A stretch of DNA of 64,000 nt from an uncultured delta proteobacterium (GTDB taxonomy: Bacteria > Myxococcota > Myxococcia > Myxococcales > Myxococcaceae), in assembly GCA_963771175.1 (NCBI GenBank), contig CAVYSY010000025.1, positions 96,001 to 160,000 on the forward strand. Reading direction: 5' to 3'. Positions within the stretch are counted from its first letter, which is position 1. The number at the start of each line of letters is the position of its first letter. Made by a program: the position numbers and the translations under genes. This document shows, one piece after another, positions 16,036 through 25,931 of the stretch. The notes beneath the pieces were generated by a model that worked only from the letters and a program-made list of their open reading frames with translations, was not told the DNA's origin and did no database searches.

Positions 16036-16731
16036 ATGCGCCCCACCGTGCTCCTCTTCGACATCGATGGCACCCTCGTCACCACCGGAGGTGCCGGTCG
16101 CCGCTCCATGGAGCGGGCCTTCGAGCGACTCCACGGCCGCCGCGATGCCTGTGACTCATTCAGCATGTCCGGCATGACCGACCGGGCCATCGTCCGCAAG
16201 GCGCTCGAGATCCTCGGCGCTCCCACCTCCCCCGAGGCCATCACCGCCGTCATCGATGCCTACCTCGCCGCCCTCGCCGAGGAGGTGCCCCGCGTCGATG
16301 ACCGCGACTACCGCCTCCACCCCGGCATGCGCGAGGCGGTCAACGCCGCCCACGAACGCAAGGGCTTCGCCGTGGGGCTCGGCACCGGCAACGTGCGCGA
16401 GGGTGCCCGCATCAAGCTCGAGCGCGTCCGCATCCACGACCGCTTCTCCTTCGGTGGCTTCGGCTGCGACTCCGAGGACCGCGTCGAGCTCATCCGCCAC
16501 GGCGCCAGGAGCGGCGCCGCCCAGCTCGGCGTCCCCGTCGAGGAGTGCCGCGTCGTCGTCATCGGCGATACCCCCAAGGACGTCGCCGCCGCCCAGGGCA
16601 TCGGCGCCACCTGCATCGGCGTCGGCACCGGCAACTTCACCCCCGAGGCCCTCCTCGCCTCCGGTGCGGACCACGCCTTCCCCGACCTCACCGCCAGTGA
16701 AGCGCTCGCCGTCCTGCTCGACGGGCGCTGA
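16036..16731 (+). CDS. HAD-superfamily hydrolase
   Basis: Motif I LFDIDGTL, GLGTGN, motif IV VIGDTPKDV. Confidence 0.92.
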   Translation: MRPTVLLFDIDGTLVTTGGAGRRSMERAFERLHGRRDACDSFSMSGMTDRAIVRKALEILGAPTSPEAITAVIDAYLAALAEEVPRVDDRDYRLHPGMREAVNAAHERKGFAVGLGTGNVREGARIKLERVRIHDRFSFGGFGCDSEDRVELIRHGARSGAAQLGVPVEECRVVVIGDTPKDVAAAQGIGATCIGVGTGNFTPEALLASGADHAFPDLTASEALAVLLDGR

Positions 16732-16812
16732 ACCGGGCTCTCTCTTCCGGCTCCCCCGCCCCGGGTGTGGTATCTCGGCCGTCCCGCCCCGGACCCGAGG
16801 AGGCCCCACCCC

Positions 16813-17904
16813 ATGTCGCTGTCCACCCTGGAAGCCTACGATCTCGTCCGTTTCGCCGAGGCCTTCGACTCCCGCCTCGCCGCCGCCGATGAGCTGCTCG
16901 CGGGCCGCTCGGGCCTGGAGCGCGAGAAGGAGTGGCTCGCCACCGCCCTCCAGATCGTCCGCACCGAGCGTGCCCCCGCCACCTCCATCCTGGAGAAGGT
17001 CCGCGACCTGCCCGAGCTCGAGGAGGTCCGCGAGGAGTTCGCCTTCACCCTCCAGAACGTCTGGGTCGACACCCTCGAGAAGCTCCACGCCGGCATCACC
17101 TTCTGCGCCAGCAGCCGCGCCCCCGTCATCGAGGCCCTCTTCCCCCACCTCAAGTTCCCCCAGCTCCGCCGCGCCTCCCGCGAGGCCCTCCAGGAGTTCG
17201 TCGCCAACTACGAGCGCCGGCTGAAGTCCTCCTACGTCTCCCGCATCCTCGCCCGCGACGACTTCTCCTTCGTCCGCCCCGTGCTGGAGCAGGTCGCCTC
17301 CACCTGGTCCCAGTGGCAGGCCTGCTTCGTCCCCGTCCAGCTCCCCCATGAGCAGGCCGCTCCCCTTCGTGCCGAGCTCATCTCCCTCGGCAAGAGGCTG
17401 GACCTCGCCCTCCGCCAGGCCCGGTGCCTCGCCGAGGCCGCCCTCGCTCCCATCCCGGATGCCTTCGAGAACGCCGGCCTCGCCGCCAAGCCGCGCAGGC
17501 GCGCCGCTCGCGGACTACCCTTCATGGAGGCCCCCGAGGCCAGCGTCGTCCCCGAGGAGGCCAGTGTCACCGAGGAGGTCGCCCCCCTCGCGAGCGACTC
17601 CGTCGAGCCCAGTGCCGCCGAGCTGGCGGAGCTCGCCGCGCTCTCGGAGCCGGGTTCCCCGGAGCTGGTCACCGAGGCCGCTCCCGAGGCGACTCCCGCC
17701 CCCGAAATGGCCGCCACCGCTCCCGAGGCCCAGCCAGCTCCCGAGCCTCCTCCCGCCGCCCCCGCCGCCGAGCCTCCTCCCGTCGAGCCCGCCGAGGCCT
17801 CGGCTTCGGAGACCCCTCCCGAGGCGAAGTCCGCGCCCAAGACGCCCTCCAAGCGAGGGCGCAAGAAGGCGGATTCCAAGTCCTCCTCCTCCGAATCCGT
17901 CTGA
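16813..17904 (+). CDS. Hypothetical helical protein with Pro/Glu/Ala-rich tail and basic C-terminus
   Basis: Long ORF with typical codon bias; GGAGG RBS before ATG 16813; immediately upstream of hrpB. Confidence 0.7.
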   Translation: MSLSTLEAYDLVRFAEAFDSRLAAADELLAGRSGLEREKEWLATALQIVRTERAPATSILEKVRDLPELEEVREEFAFTLQNVWVDTLEKLHAGITFCASSRAPVIEALFPHLKFPQLRRASREALQEFVANYERRLKSSYVSRILARDDFSFVRPVLEQVASTWSQWQACFVPVQLPHEQAAPLRAELISLGKRLDLALRQARCLAEAALAPIPDAFENAGLAAKPRRRAARGLPFMEAPEASVVPEEASVTEEVAPLASDSVEPSAAELAELAALSEPGSPELVTEAAPEATPAPEMAATAPEAQPAPEPPPAAPAAEPPPVEPAEASASETPPEAKSAPKTPSKRGRKKADSKSSSSESV

Positions 17905-17941
17905 AGCAGGCCCCTCGGTCCACCGTTAAGAGGAATCGGCC

Positions 17942-20511
17942 ATGGCCGACGTCGCCCTCCCCATCGATCCGCTCCTGCCCGAGATCGTCGCCACCCTCCG
18001 TGGCGCGAAGTCGCTCGTGCTGGAGGCCCCTCCCGGCGCCGGCAAGACGACCCGCGTGCCCCGCGCCCTGCTCGAGGCCGGCATCGGCCAGGGCAAGGAG
18101 ATCGTCGTCCTCCAGCCCCGCCGCCTCGCCACCCGCCTCGCCGCCCAGCGCGTCGCCGAGGAGCTCGGCGAGCGCGTCGGCGAGACCGTCGGCTACCAGG
18201 TCCGCTTCGAGGACGTCCGCGGCCCCAAGACCCGCCTCTGCTTCGTCACCGAGGGCGTGCTCGGCCGCCGGCTCCTCTCCGACCCCACCCTCCGCGACGT
18301 CGGCGTCGTCGTGCTCGACGAGTTCCACGAGCGCCACCTCTCCGGCGACATCTCGCTCGCCCTCCTCCGCCGCCTCCAGCAGGGCCCCCGGCCCGACCTC
18401 AAGCTCGTGGTCATGTCCGCCACGCTCGACGCCGCGCCCATCGCCGCCTACCTCGGCGACTGCCCCTCCCTGCGCTCCGAGGGCCGCCGCTTCGACGTCG
18501 CCGTCGAGTACCTCCCCACCGCCGATGACCGCTACCTCGAGGCCCAGGTCGCTCTCCGCGCATCAAGCGGCTCCACGCCAAGGGCCTCGACGGCGACGTG
18601 CTCGTCTTCCTCCCCGGCGCCGGAGAAATCCGCCGCGCCAAGGACACCTGCGCCGAGTTCGCCGAGCGCCACGGGATCGAGCTGCTCCCCCTCCACGGCG
18701 ACCTGACCCCCGCCGAGCAGGACCGCGCCGTGCGCCGCAGCTCCCGGCGGAAGATCATCCTCTCCACCAACGTCGCGGAGACCTCCGTCACCATCGACGG
18801 GGTCGCCGCCGTCATCGATAGCGGTCTGGCCCGCGTGGCCTCGCACTCGCCCTGGTCCGGCCTGCCCATCCTCAAGCTCTCCAAGGTGAGCCGGGCCTCC
18901 GCCACCCAGCGCGCCGGCCGCGCCGGTCGTACCCGCTCCGGCCACTGCCTCCGCCTCTACACCCAGCACGACTTCGACGGCCGCCCCGAGCAGGACGCCC
19001 CCGAAATCCGCCGCATGGACCTGGCGGAGACCATCCTCGCCCTGCGCGCCTCGGGCGTGAAGGACCTCGCCTCCTTCCCCTTCTTCGAGCCGCCTCCCGC
19101 CGCTTCGCTCGACGCCGCGGAGACCCTGCTGCGCCGCCTGGGTGCCGTGGCCTCCGATGGCTCCGTGACGGACATCGGCCAGCGGCTCCTGCGCTTCCCC
19201 CTCCACCCGCGTCAGGCCCGCATCATCGTCGAGGGCGAGCGGCGCGGTGTGGGCGCGGACGCGGCGCTCCTCGCGGCCCTCGTGGGCGAGCGCGACATCC
19301 GTCGCGAGGCCCGCACCAACCTCTCGGGTCCGCATCGCGCCGCCGCCAACGTCGTCGCCGGGCCCTCGGATCTCCTGGAGCTGCTCGAGCGCTTCCGCGA
19401 CGCCGAGCGCGCCAACTTCTCCTCCGGCCGCGTCCAGTCACTCTCCCTGGAGTCGAGCGCCGTACAGGCCGTGGACCGGGTGCAGCGCCAGCTCCGGCGG
19501 GCCGTGCGCGAGCAGGGTCAGAAGCCCTCGCGACCCGAGGCCGTGGAACAGGCGCTGATGCTCAGTGTGCTCGCCGGCTATCCGGACCGGGTGGCCCGAC
19601 GCCGCCGGCCTCGCTCTCCCGAGCTGCTCCTCTTCGGCGGGGGCACCGCCCAGCTCTCCGAGGTCAGCGTCGTCCAGGAGCCCGAGCTCATGGTCGCCGT
19701 GGACGCCGAGGAGCGCCCCGGTCGCGGCGTCATCATCCGCCTCGCCAGCATGGTGGAGCCCGAGTGGCTCCTCGACCTGTACCCCGAGGCCCTGGAAGAG
19801 GTGGACGCCCTCCAGTGGAACGCCGACGCCAAGCGCGTCGAGCGCATCACCCGCCTGGCCTACGGCAACCTCGTCCTCGAGGAGACCCGCACGCCCGCCC
19901 CTCCCTCCGAAGAGGCCGCGCGCGTGCTCGTGGAGCAGGCCCTCGCCGCCGGTCCCGGCCGCTTCGCCGACCCCGAGGCCCTCCTGCATTGGCGCACCCG
20001 CGTCGCGCTGCTCGCCCAGGCGTTCCCCGAGGCCCACTTCCCCACCGTGGACGACGCCTTCATGCGCGACTCGCTCGCGTCCCTGTGCGCCGGGGCGCGG
20101 AGCTTCGCGGACCTCAACGGCGTGTCCCTGATCGACGCGCTCTACTCGCGCCTCACCTCCGAGCAGGCCCGCCTCCTGTCCAACCACGCCCCCGAGAAGG
20201 TCGCCCTCCCCGGCGGACGCACGGCCAAGGTCCACTACGAGCCCGGCAAGCCCCCTTGGGTCGAGTCCCGTCTCCAGGACTTCTTTGGTATGGCCCAGGG
20301 GCCCAGTGTGTGCGCCGGGCGCGTGCCGCTCGTGCTCCACCTGCTCGCGCCCAACATGCGCGCGGTGCAGGTCACCACGGACCTCGCCGGGTTCTGGGAG
20401 CGGCACTACCCCGCCCTCCGCAAGGAGCTGTGCCGCAAGTACCCGAGGCACAGCTGGCCCGAGGATCCACGCCATGCTCAGACGCCGGCCGAGCGTGGAC
20501 GGCGCATCTGA
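17942..20511 (+). CDS. hrpB: ATP-dependent RNA helicase HrpB (one apparent frameshift near 18555)
   Basis: [48 protein letters not shown]-terminal [25 protein letters not shown]. Confidence 0.95.
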
Positions 20512-20523
20512 GACGGCCCGGGG

Positions 20524-21000
20524 CTACAGCTTCTTGCGCATCTCCAGGTGGTCGATGCCGGCTTCCTGGAAGACCTCGCCCAGCGCCTCGTAGCCCTGCT
20601 TCTTGTAGAACTCGAGGGCGTAGAGCTGCGAGTGCAGCATGATGCCGTTCACGCTCCGCCGACGCGCCTCGTCCTCCAGCGTCGTCAACAGCAGCGCGCC
20701 CACCCGCGCCTTCCGGTGGGCCTTGAGCACCGCCATGCGGCCGATCTGCGCCCACGTCCCGGTCTCTCCGGGGGGCGGCTCCGGCAGCATCACCAGACGG
20801 CCCGTCCCGATGGCGTGCCCGCTCTGGAACGCCAGCACATGGTAGGCCTTCGCATCCTCGGCATCACGCTCGATGCCCTCGGGGACGTGCTGCTCCTCGA
20901 TGAACACCACCTCGCGGATGGCGAGCGCCTGAAACAGTTCAGCCTCACTCTTGATCTGAGCGATGGTGACCGGCGGTTGCGAATTCTCCGAGTTGGACAT
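20524..21000 (-). CDS. GNAT N-acetyltransferase (ElaA/YjcF-like)
   Basis: IREVVFIEEQHVP, IGRMAVLKAHRKARVG, FYKKQGY, FQEAGIDHLEM. Confidence 0.9.
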   Translation of the reverse strand: MSNSENSQPPVTIAQIKSEAELFQALAIREVVFIEEQHVPEGIERDAEDAKAYHVLAFQSGHAIGTGRLVMLPEPPPGETGTWAQIGRMAVLKAHRKARVGALLLTTLEDEARRRSVNGIMLHSQLYALEFYKKQGYEALGEVFQEAGIDHLEMRKKL

Positions 21001-21080
21001 GGCTCAACCAAGGTACACAAAAGCCGCCGGGGCAGACAGACCAAAAGGCACGTCGACGTGTTAAGCGCCCTCTCGACGCG

Positions 21081-22241
21081 ATGCTTCCTGTCCAGGCCGC
21101 CGGACGGCTCCCCCTCATCGGCTTCTACGCCCTCTATTTCGGCACCGTGGGCATCGTCCTGCCCTTCCTCCCGGCCTACCTGGAATCCCTCGCACTCTCC
21201 GTCACCCAGATCGGCCTGCTGCTCGCCCTCGGTCCCCTGCTGGCCCTCGTCGCCCCCCACTTCTGGGGTCACCTCGCCGACAGCACTGGGCGTGCGAGCC
21301 GCGTCCTCTCCCTGCTCGCCCTGGGGGCCTGCGCGGGCTTCAGTCCCCTTCTCTTCGTCGACCGCTTCCCCGCCCTCGTCGCCACCTTCGTCGTCTACGG
21401 CTTCTTCGCCTCCTCCGTCACCCCCTTGGTGGACAGCCTCGCCCTCCAGCACGTCGCCCGGAACGGGGGCTCCTACGCCCACCTGCGCCTCTTCGGCTCG
21501 CTCGGCTTCGTGCTCTCCTCCTCCCTCTTCGGCCTCGCCGTGGACTCCGTGGGCCGCGCCACCGTGCGCGTCCCCTTCGTCCTCCTGGCCCTGCTCGCCC
21601 TCTGGAGCCTCACCCTCCGCGACGGCCCACGCCCCCCGGCCGAGCCCGTCCACCCCCTCGCCGGCTTCCAGCTCCTCGCCAACCGCGACCTGTGCTGGTT
21701 CCTCGCCGGCACCACCCTCCATTGGATCGCCCTCGCCCCCTACAACGGCACCTTCTCCATCTTCGTCGTGTCGCTCGGCCTGCCGCCCTCGGTGGTGGGT
21801 ATCTCCGCCGCGCTCGGGGTCGCCGCCGAGCTGGGGGTGATGTTCCTCTACCCCCGCGTGGCCGAGCGCATCACCCCCCGCCACCTCCTGGCCCTCGCCT
21901 TCGCCAGCAGTGCCCTGCGCTGGGCGGGCCTCGCCATGGCCACCTCGCCCACCGTCATCGCCGCCCTCTCGCTCCTGCACGGCATGTCCTTCGGCGCCTT
22001 CTACGTGGCCAGCGTCGCCTTCATGGCCCGCCGCGTCCCGCCCCACCTGCGCGCCTCCGGCCAGGCCCTCTTCGCCGCCATCACCTTCGGGCTCGGGGGC
22101 CTCGTGGGCTACTCCACCGCCGGGGCCGGCTACGACTGGCTCGGCGGCCACCGCCTCTTCGCCGTCGCCACCGGCCTCGAGCTGGTCGCCGCCGCCCTCG
22201 TCCTCCGCATCTCCCCCGAGGAGCCCGGCCGCCCGACGTGA
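21081..22241 (+). CDS. MFS transporter (MFS_1_like/HcaT-type)
   Basis: About 12 hydrophobic segments; WGHLADSTGR and YAHLRLFGSLGF motifs. Confidence 0.9.
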   Translation: MLPVQAAGRLPLIGFYALYFGTVGIVLPFLPAYLESLALSVTQIGLLLALGPLLALVAPHFWGHLADSTGRASRVLSLLALGACAGFSPLLFVDRFPALVATFVVYGFFASSVTPLVDSLALQHVARNGGSYAHLRLFGSLGFVLSSSLFGLAVDSVGRATVRVPFVLLALLALWSLTLRDGPRPPAEPVHPLAGFQLLANRDLCWFLAGTTLHWIALAPYNGTFSIFVVSLGLPPSVVGISAALGVAAELGVMFLYPRVAERITPRHLLALAFASSALRWAGLAMATSPTVIAALSLLHGMSFGAFYVASVAFMARRVPPHLRASGQALFAAITFGLGGLVGYSTAGAGYDWLGGHRLFAVATGLELVAAALVLRISPEEPGRPT

Positions 22242-22255
22242 TAACCTGCGGCGCG

Positions 22256-23311
22256 ATGCGATCCGCCCTCCTCGCACTCCTCCTCTGCCTCATTTCCGTC
22301 CCCGCCGCCGCCCAGCCGGAGGTCTTCTTCGGACCCGGCAGCGACGTGCCCAACCTCAAGGAAGAGGACTTCGACCGCCGCTTCCTCAAGACGGGCCTGT
22401 ACCGCGCCCTCTCCCAGGGGACGAACGACCCGAACTGCGCCCAGCTCCTCGGCGGGCTGATGACGCTGCTCGGGGAGACCGCGCCCCTGCTCCACAAGCG
22501 CGACGAGAACTTCTACCTGGACCCCCAGCTCGTCCAGGCGCTCAACACGCAGCTCAGCACCCCGCGCTTCCAGGCCAACGCCTACCTCGTGGCCATGGTG
22601 CGGCGCGTGCTGATCGACCGCAAGCTGCCCCAGCCCTGGTTCCAGACCGCGGCCGACCTCGGGCCCCTCGTCCTCACCATCGACGTGGGCAAGCTGCGCT
22701 TCATCTCCGAGGGGCTCCAGCCCATCGACAGCTTCTTCCTCACCCTCCCCGCCCTGCGCGAGCGCTATGAAATCGAGGTCCGCCGCGCCAACGCCACCGC
22801 CGCCTCCTCCGCCGAGAAGACGTTCCGCGAGAACTACCTCGACCGGCAGGTGGCCTTCGGGAGCGTCGAGCTGATTGACGTGAAGCTGGAGAAGCCGAAG
22901 AAGAAGCCCAAGAAGCGCAAGGGCGAGTTCGTCGAGGAGGAGCCGCTCACCGCCGTGGCCCGGATGGCGTGGTACCCGCCCGACCCGAACGCCGGGCAGA
23001 TCAACATCTACGGCACGCCGACGAAGCGCCCCGTCGTCAACATCTCCGCGCGGCTCGCGCCCGAGCAGTACCTGGACCTGAGCCGCATCCCCAAGGGCAC
23101 CCGGCTGATGGTGCGCGGGCGCTTCTGGGCCTTCAAGAAGGCGGTGGAGGACGTGGAGATCCGCGACGCACTCATCTTCCAGGACCGCGACTGGTCCCAG
23201 GGCGCCCTGCTGGCGGACCCCAACGTCGTGGCCCGCTGCCCCGTCGCCGTCAACGACCTGATGGGCGGGGCGCCCGTGCAGCCGGGTGCCTTCGGCCAGC
23301 CGAGCCGCTAG
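22256..23311 (+). CDS. Exported hypothetical protein
   Basis: Signal peptide MRSALLALLLCLISVPAAA at 22256; coding-like codon usage. The ORF-track extension to 21692 overlaps the MFS gene. Confidence 0.75.
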   Translation: MRSALLALLLCLISVPAAAQPEVFFGPGSDVPNLKEEDFDRRFLKTGLYRALSQGTNDPNCAQLLGGLMTLLGETAPLLHKRDENFYLDPQLVQALNTQLSTPRFQANAYLVAMVRRVLIDRKLPQPWFQTAADLGPLVLTIDVGKLRFISEGLQPIDSFFLTLPALRERYEIEVRRANATAASSAEKTFRENYLDRQVAFGSVELIDVKLEKPKKKPKKRKGEFVEEEPLTAVARMAWYPPDPNAGQINIYGTPTKRPVVNISARLAPEQYLDLSRIPKGTRLMVRGRFWAFKKAVEDVEIRDALIFQDRDWSQGALLADPNVVARCPVAVNDLMGGAPVQPGAFGQPSR

Positions 23312-23383
23312 GGGCCCGCTCCGAACCCGGGCGGTCCTCCGCCTTTCCTGTATTTCCCGTGTTTCAGGGTAGAGTGCGCGCCC

Positions 23384-23914
23384 ATGCGCACCTGGTTCCC
23401 GCTGGCCGCCCTGCTCGTGGCGACTCCAGCCCTCGCCGAGCATTCCGTGTCGCTCGGGGCTTCCACCCTCCAAATCCGAGCCAACTTCGGCGTGTACCCC
23501 GTCCGAGTGCTCGCCGACGCGGGCTATGCCTACAAGACCGACCGCTGGCTGCTGGGCGGCGGCGTGCGACTGGCGACGCCCCAGGGCGGTGCGCCCGTGC
23601 CGCTCGAGGTCTACACGCGCGCCCTGCTCTCCGCCCACGTGGGCCCCTGGAGCCCCGCGCTGGGGCCCGAGCTCGGCTACAGCTTCCTCTCCGAGGTGGG
23701 CCCCCGCGAGAGCCAGCTCCCCCCCGACATCCTCGGGCTGGAGGCCAGGTACACCGGCCCCCTCTACGTCGCCGTCCACGCGGCGCCCCTCCGCTTCTCT
23801 TTCGGTCGGTTCACCGTCAGCGCGCTCGAGGTGAACCTCGGCACGCCCATCACCACGCCCGCCACCCTGCTGCGCCTGCAGGTGGGGCTCTTGAGCGCGG
23901 GGGTCCAGCTATGA
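23384..23914 (+). CDS. Exported beta-strand-rich protein (paralog of 24930..25442)
   Basis: Signal peptide ending ATPALA; amphipathic beta pattern; stop overlaps the next ATG (ATGA). Confidence 0.75.
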   Translation: MRTWFPLAALLVATPALAEHSVSLGASTLQIRANFGVYPVRVLADAGYAYKTDRWLLGGGVRLATPQGGAPVPLEVYTRALLSAHVGPWSPALGPELGYSFLSEVGPRESQLPPDILGLEARYTGPLYVAVHAAPLRFSFGRFTVSALEVNLGTPITTPATLLRLQVGLLSAGVQL

Positions 23915-24933
23915 AGCGTCTCGCCCTGACCACCACCCTGCTGGCGGCGAGCGCCTGCGCCCCGACGAACCCCCTCCCCGACGCCGAGGCGTCGGCGCGC
24001 TCCCGGGACTTCGCCTCGGGAGTGCAGCAGACGCGGCTCATGGAGGACGTCACCGAGCTGGCCGAGGGCCATGTCGCGGACACGCCCTTCGACTGCCACC
24101 TCTTCAACTACCAGCTCATCTCGCTGAAGGATGCGGGCGTGCCCGTCTGCAACCTCAGCCGGGATCGGGCGCGGGACATGCTGCGCGAGCGCTTCGAGAA
24201 GCTCGGCCTGGAGGTGACGGTGGACCAGGGGGAGGACGAGCGCTTCCCCACCACCAACGTCATCGGCGAGCTGCGGGGCACCGAGCACCCCGAAGAGGTG
24301 GTGGTGGTGGCGGCGCACTACGACGCCTTCCACACGGGAGCGGATGACAACAGCACGGGCGTGGCGGCGATGCTGGAGCTGGCCCGGCTGGCGTCCGGCA
24401 AGCGCTTCGGGCGCACCGTGCGCTTCATCGGCTTCGACCACGAGGAGTTTGGCACCGTGGGCAGCGCCCGCTACGTGCGCACGCACTCCAACGAGCGGCT
24501 CGTCACCGCGCTCGTCTTCGACACCATTGGATACCGGGACGCGCGGCCCGACAGCCAGCAGGGGCTGCCCGGCGTGGAGACGCCCACCACTGGGGACTTC
24601 ATCGCCGTCATCGGCAACGACGACTCGCGCGCGCACGTGGAGGACGTGATGGAGCTCGCCCGGCACCTGGAGCAGGTGCCTCCGGCGCTGGGGGCCGTCG
24701 CCCCGGGCACCGGCCTCGGGCCTCTCTCCTTCCACCTGACCCGCAGCGACCACGCCTCCTTCTGGATGGTGGGGCTCGACGCCGTCTTCTTCACCGACAC
24801 CGCCGCCTTCCGCAACCCCCACTACCACAAGGACACCGACACGGTGTCCACGCTCGACCCCGAGTTCTTCGCGGGCGTCACCCGGCTCGCCGCCGGCGCC
24901 CTGTCCTACTGGGCGGAGGGTCCCCGGCCATGA
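23911..24933 (+). CDS. M28-family metallopeptidase, lipoprotein
   Basis: MKRLALTTTLLAASAC lipobox; AAHYD, GADDNSTG, FDHEEFG, RSDHASF, PHYHKDTD. Confidence 0.92.
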   Translation: MKRLALTTTLLAASACAPTNPLPDAEASARSRDFASGVQQTRLMEDVTELAEGHVADTPFDCHLFNYQLISLKDAGVPVCNLSRDRARDMLRERFEKLGLEVTVDQGEDERFPTTNVIGELRGTEHPEEVVVVAAHYDAFHTGADDNSTGVAAMLELARLASGKRFGRTVRFIGFDHEEFGTVGSARYVRTHSNERLVTALVFDTIGYRDARPDSQQGLPGVETPTTGDFIAVIGNDDSRAHVEDVMELARHLEQVPPALGAVAPGTGLGPLSFHLTRSDHASFWMVGLDAVFFTDTAAFRNPHYHKDTDTVSTLDPEFFAGVTRLAAGALSYWAEGPRP

Positions 24934-25442
24934 TGAACACCCTGCTCGTCCTTGGATTGCTGGGCGCCTCGCCCGCCGAGCCGCCTCCGGCCCACCAGTT
25001 CGACGTGTACCTGCGCTCGGGGCTGACGCTGTTCTCCTCGCCCGCGCGCACCCAGGGAGGCGCCGGCGGAGGGCTCGGCCTGCGCGACACCGTGAACGGG
25101 CGCTGGCTGCTCCAAGCGGACGTGAACGGGCTGATCGGCATGGGCTCCGCGCTGGAGGTGCGGCTGGGCGCGGGGGTGCAGCGCGAGGGCTCGTGGTCCC
25201 CCATGGCGAGCCTTCAGCTCTCCGGGCTGATCGGCCAGCAGCTCCGACTGCTCTCCCCCGAGTACCCCCGGGCCGCGCCCGCCGCGGCGGTGACCCTGGG
25301 CGTGGCGCTGGCTCCCGTGCGCTTCAACGTGGCGAACACCCGGGTGTCCGCGCTGGAGCTGAACGTGGGCGTGGGCCCCGATGTCTCGGGGCTCGGGCTG
25401 CGCTACGGCCTCACGCTGCTGGAGATCGGCGTGCCGCTCTGA
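24930..25442 (+). CDS. Exported beta-strand-rich protein (paralog of 23384..23914)
   Basis: Shares RWLL, LEV, GxWSP, APxRF, VSALExNxG and LLxxGVxL with the 23384 protein; ATGA overlap with the peptidase. Confidence 0.75.
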   Translation: MMNTLLVLGLLGASPAEPPPAHQFDVYLRSGLTLFSSPARTQGGAGGGLGLRDTVNGRWLLQADVNGLIGMGSALEVRLGAGVQREGSWSPMASLQLSGLIGQQLRLLSPEYPRAAPAAAVTLGVALAPVRFNVANTRVSALELNVGVGPDVSGLGLRYGLTLLEIGVPL

Positions 25443-25918
25443 GCGGGTGTTACCCGGCCGGGAGGCGCGCTCGGGGCCGGAGAGGCTCCGGGCGCGCTGC
25501 GCCACATGCGGCCGGCGGTGACGAAGAAGAAGAGGCAGAAGGTGCCGTTGAGATAGAGCCAGTGGTGGAAGAAGCGGCCCGACTGCTGCCACCACAGCAC
25601 CGTCAGGCTGAGGTTCATCACCACCACCAGCGCGAGGATGGCCAGCCCGAGCGCGATGCCGGCCCGCCGCCGAACCAGCAGCAGCACCACCGTCAGCGGG
25701 TTGAACACCGCCAGCGACGTCATGAAGGCGTTCCACACCAGAGGCACCGTGGTGCCGGGCAACAGCCCCTGCTGGTAGGACAGCGGCCCCTTGGTCACCA
25801 GATCGACCACGTGCGCGATGCTGCCCACGCTGAAGCCCAGGCAATAGATGACGAGCCAGATGCGCTCGGTGCGCCGGGAAGGAGCGCGGGGAGTCTCGAG
25901 GGTGGAGTCGGTGCTCAT
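25403..25918 (-). CDS. Small membrane protein with about 4 TM helices, directly downstream of the NRPS TE
   Basis: Four hydrophobic stretches; starts 13 nt after the megasynthase stop, same strand. Confidence 0.7.
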   Translation of the reverse strand: MSTDSTLETPRAPSRRTERIWLVIYCLGFSVGSIAHVVDLVTKGPLSYQQGLLPGTTVPLVWNAFMTSLAVFNPLTVVLLLVRRRAGIALGLAILALVVVMNLSLTVLWWQQSGRFFHHWLYLNGTFCLFFFVTAGRMWRSAPGASPAPSAPPGRVTPAQSGTPISSSVRP

Positions 25919-25931
25919 AGGAGTGGGGACG

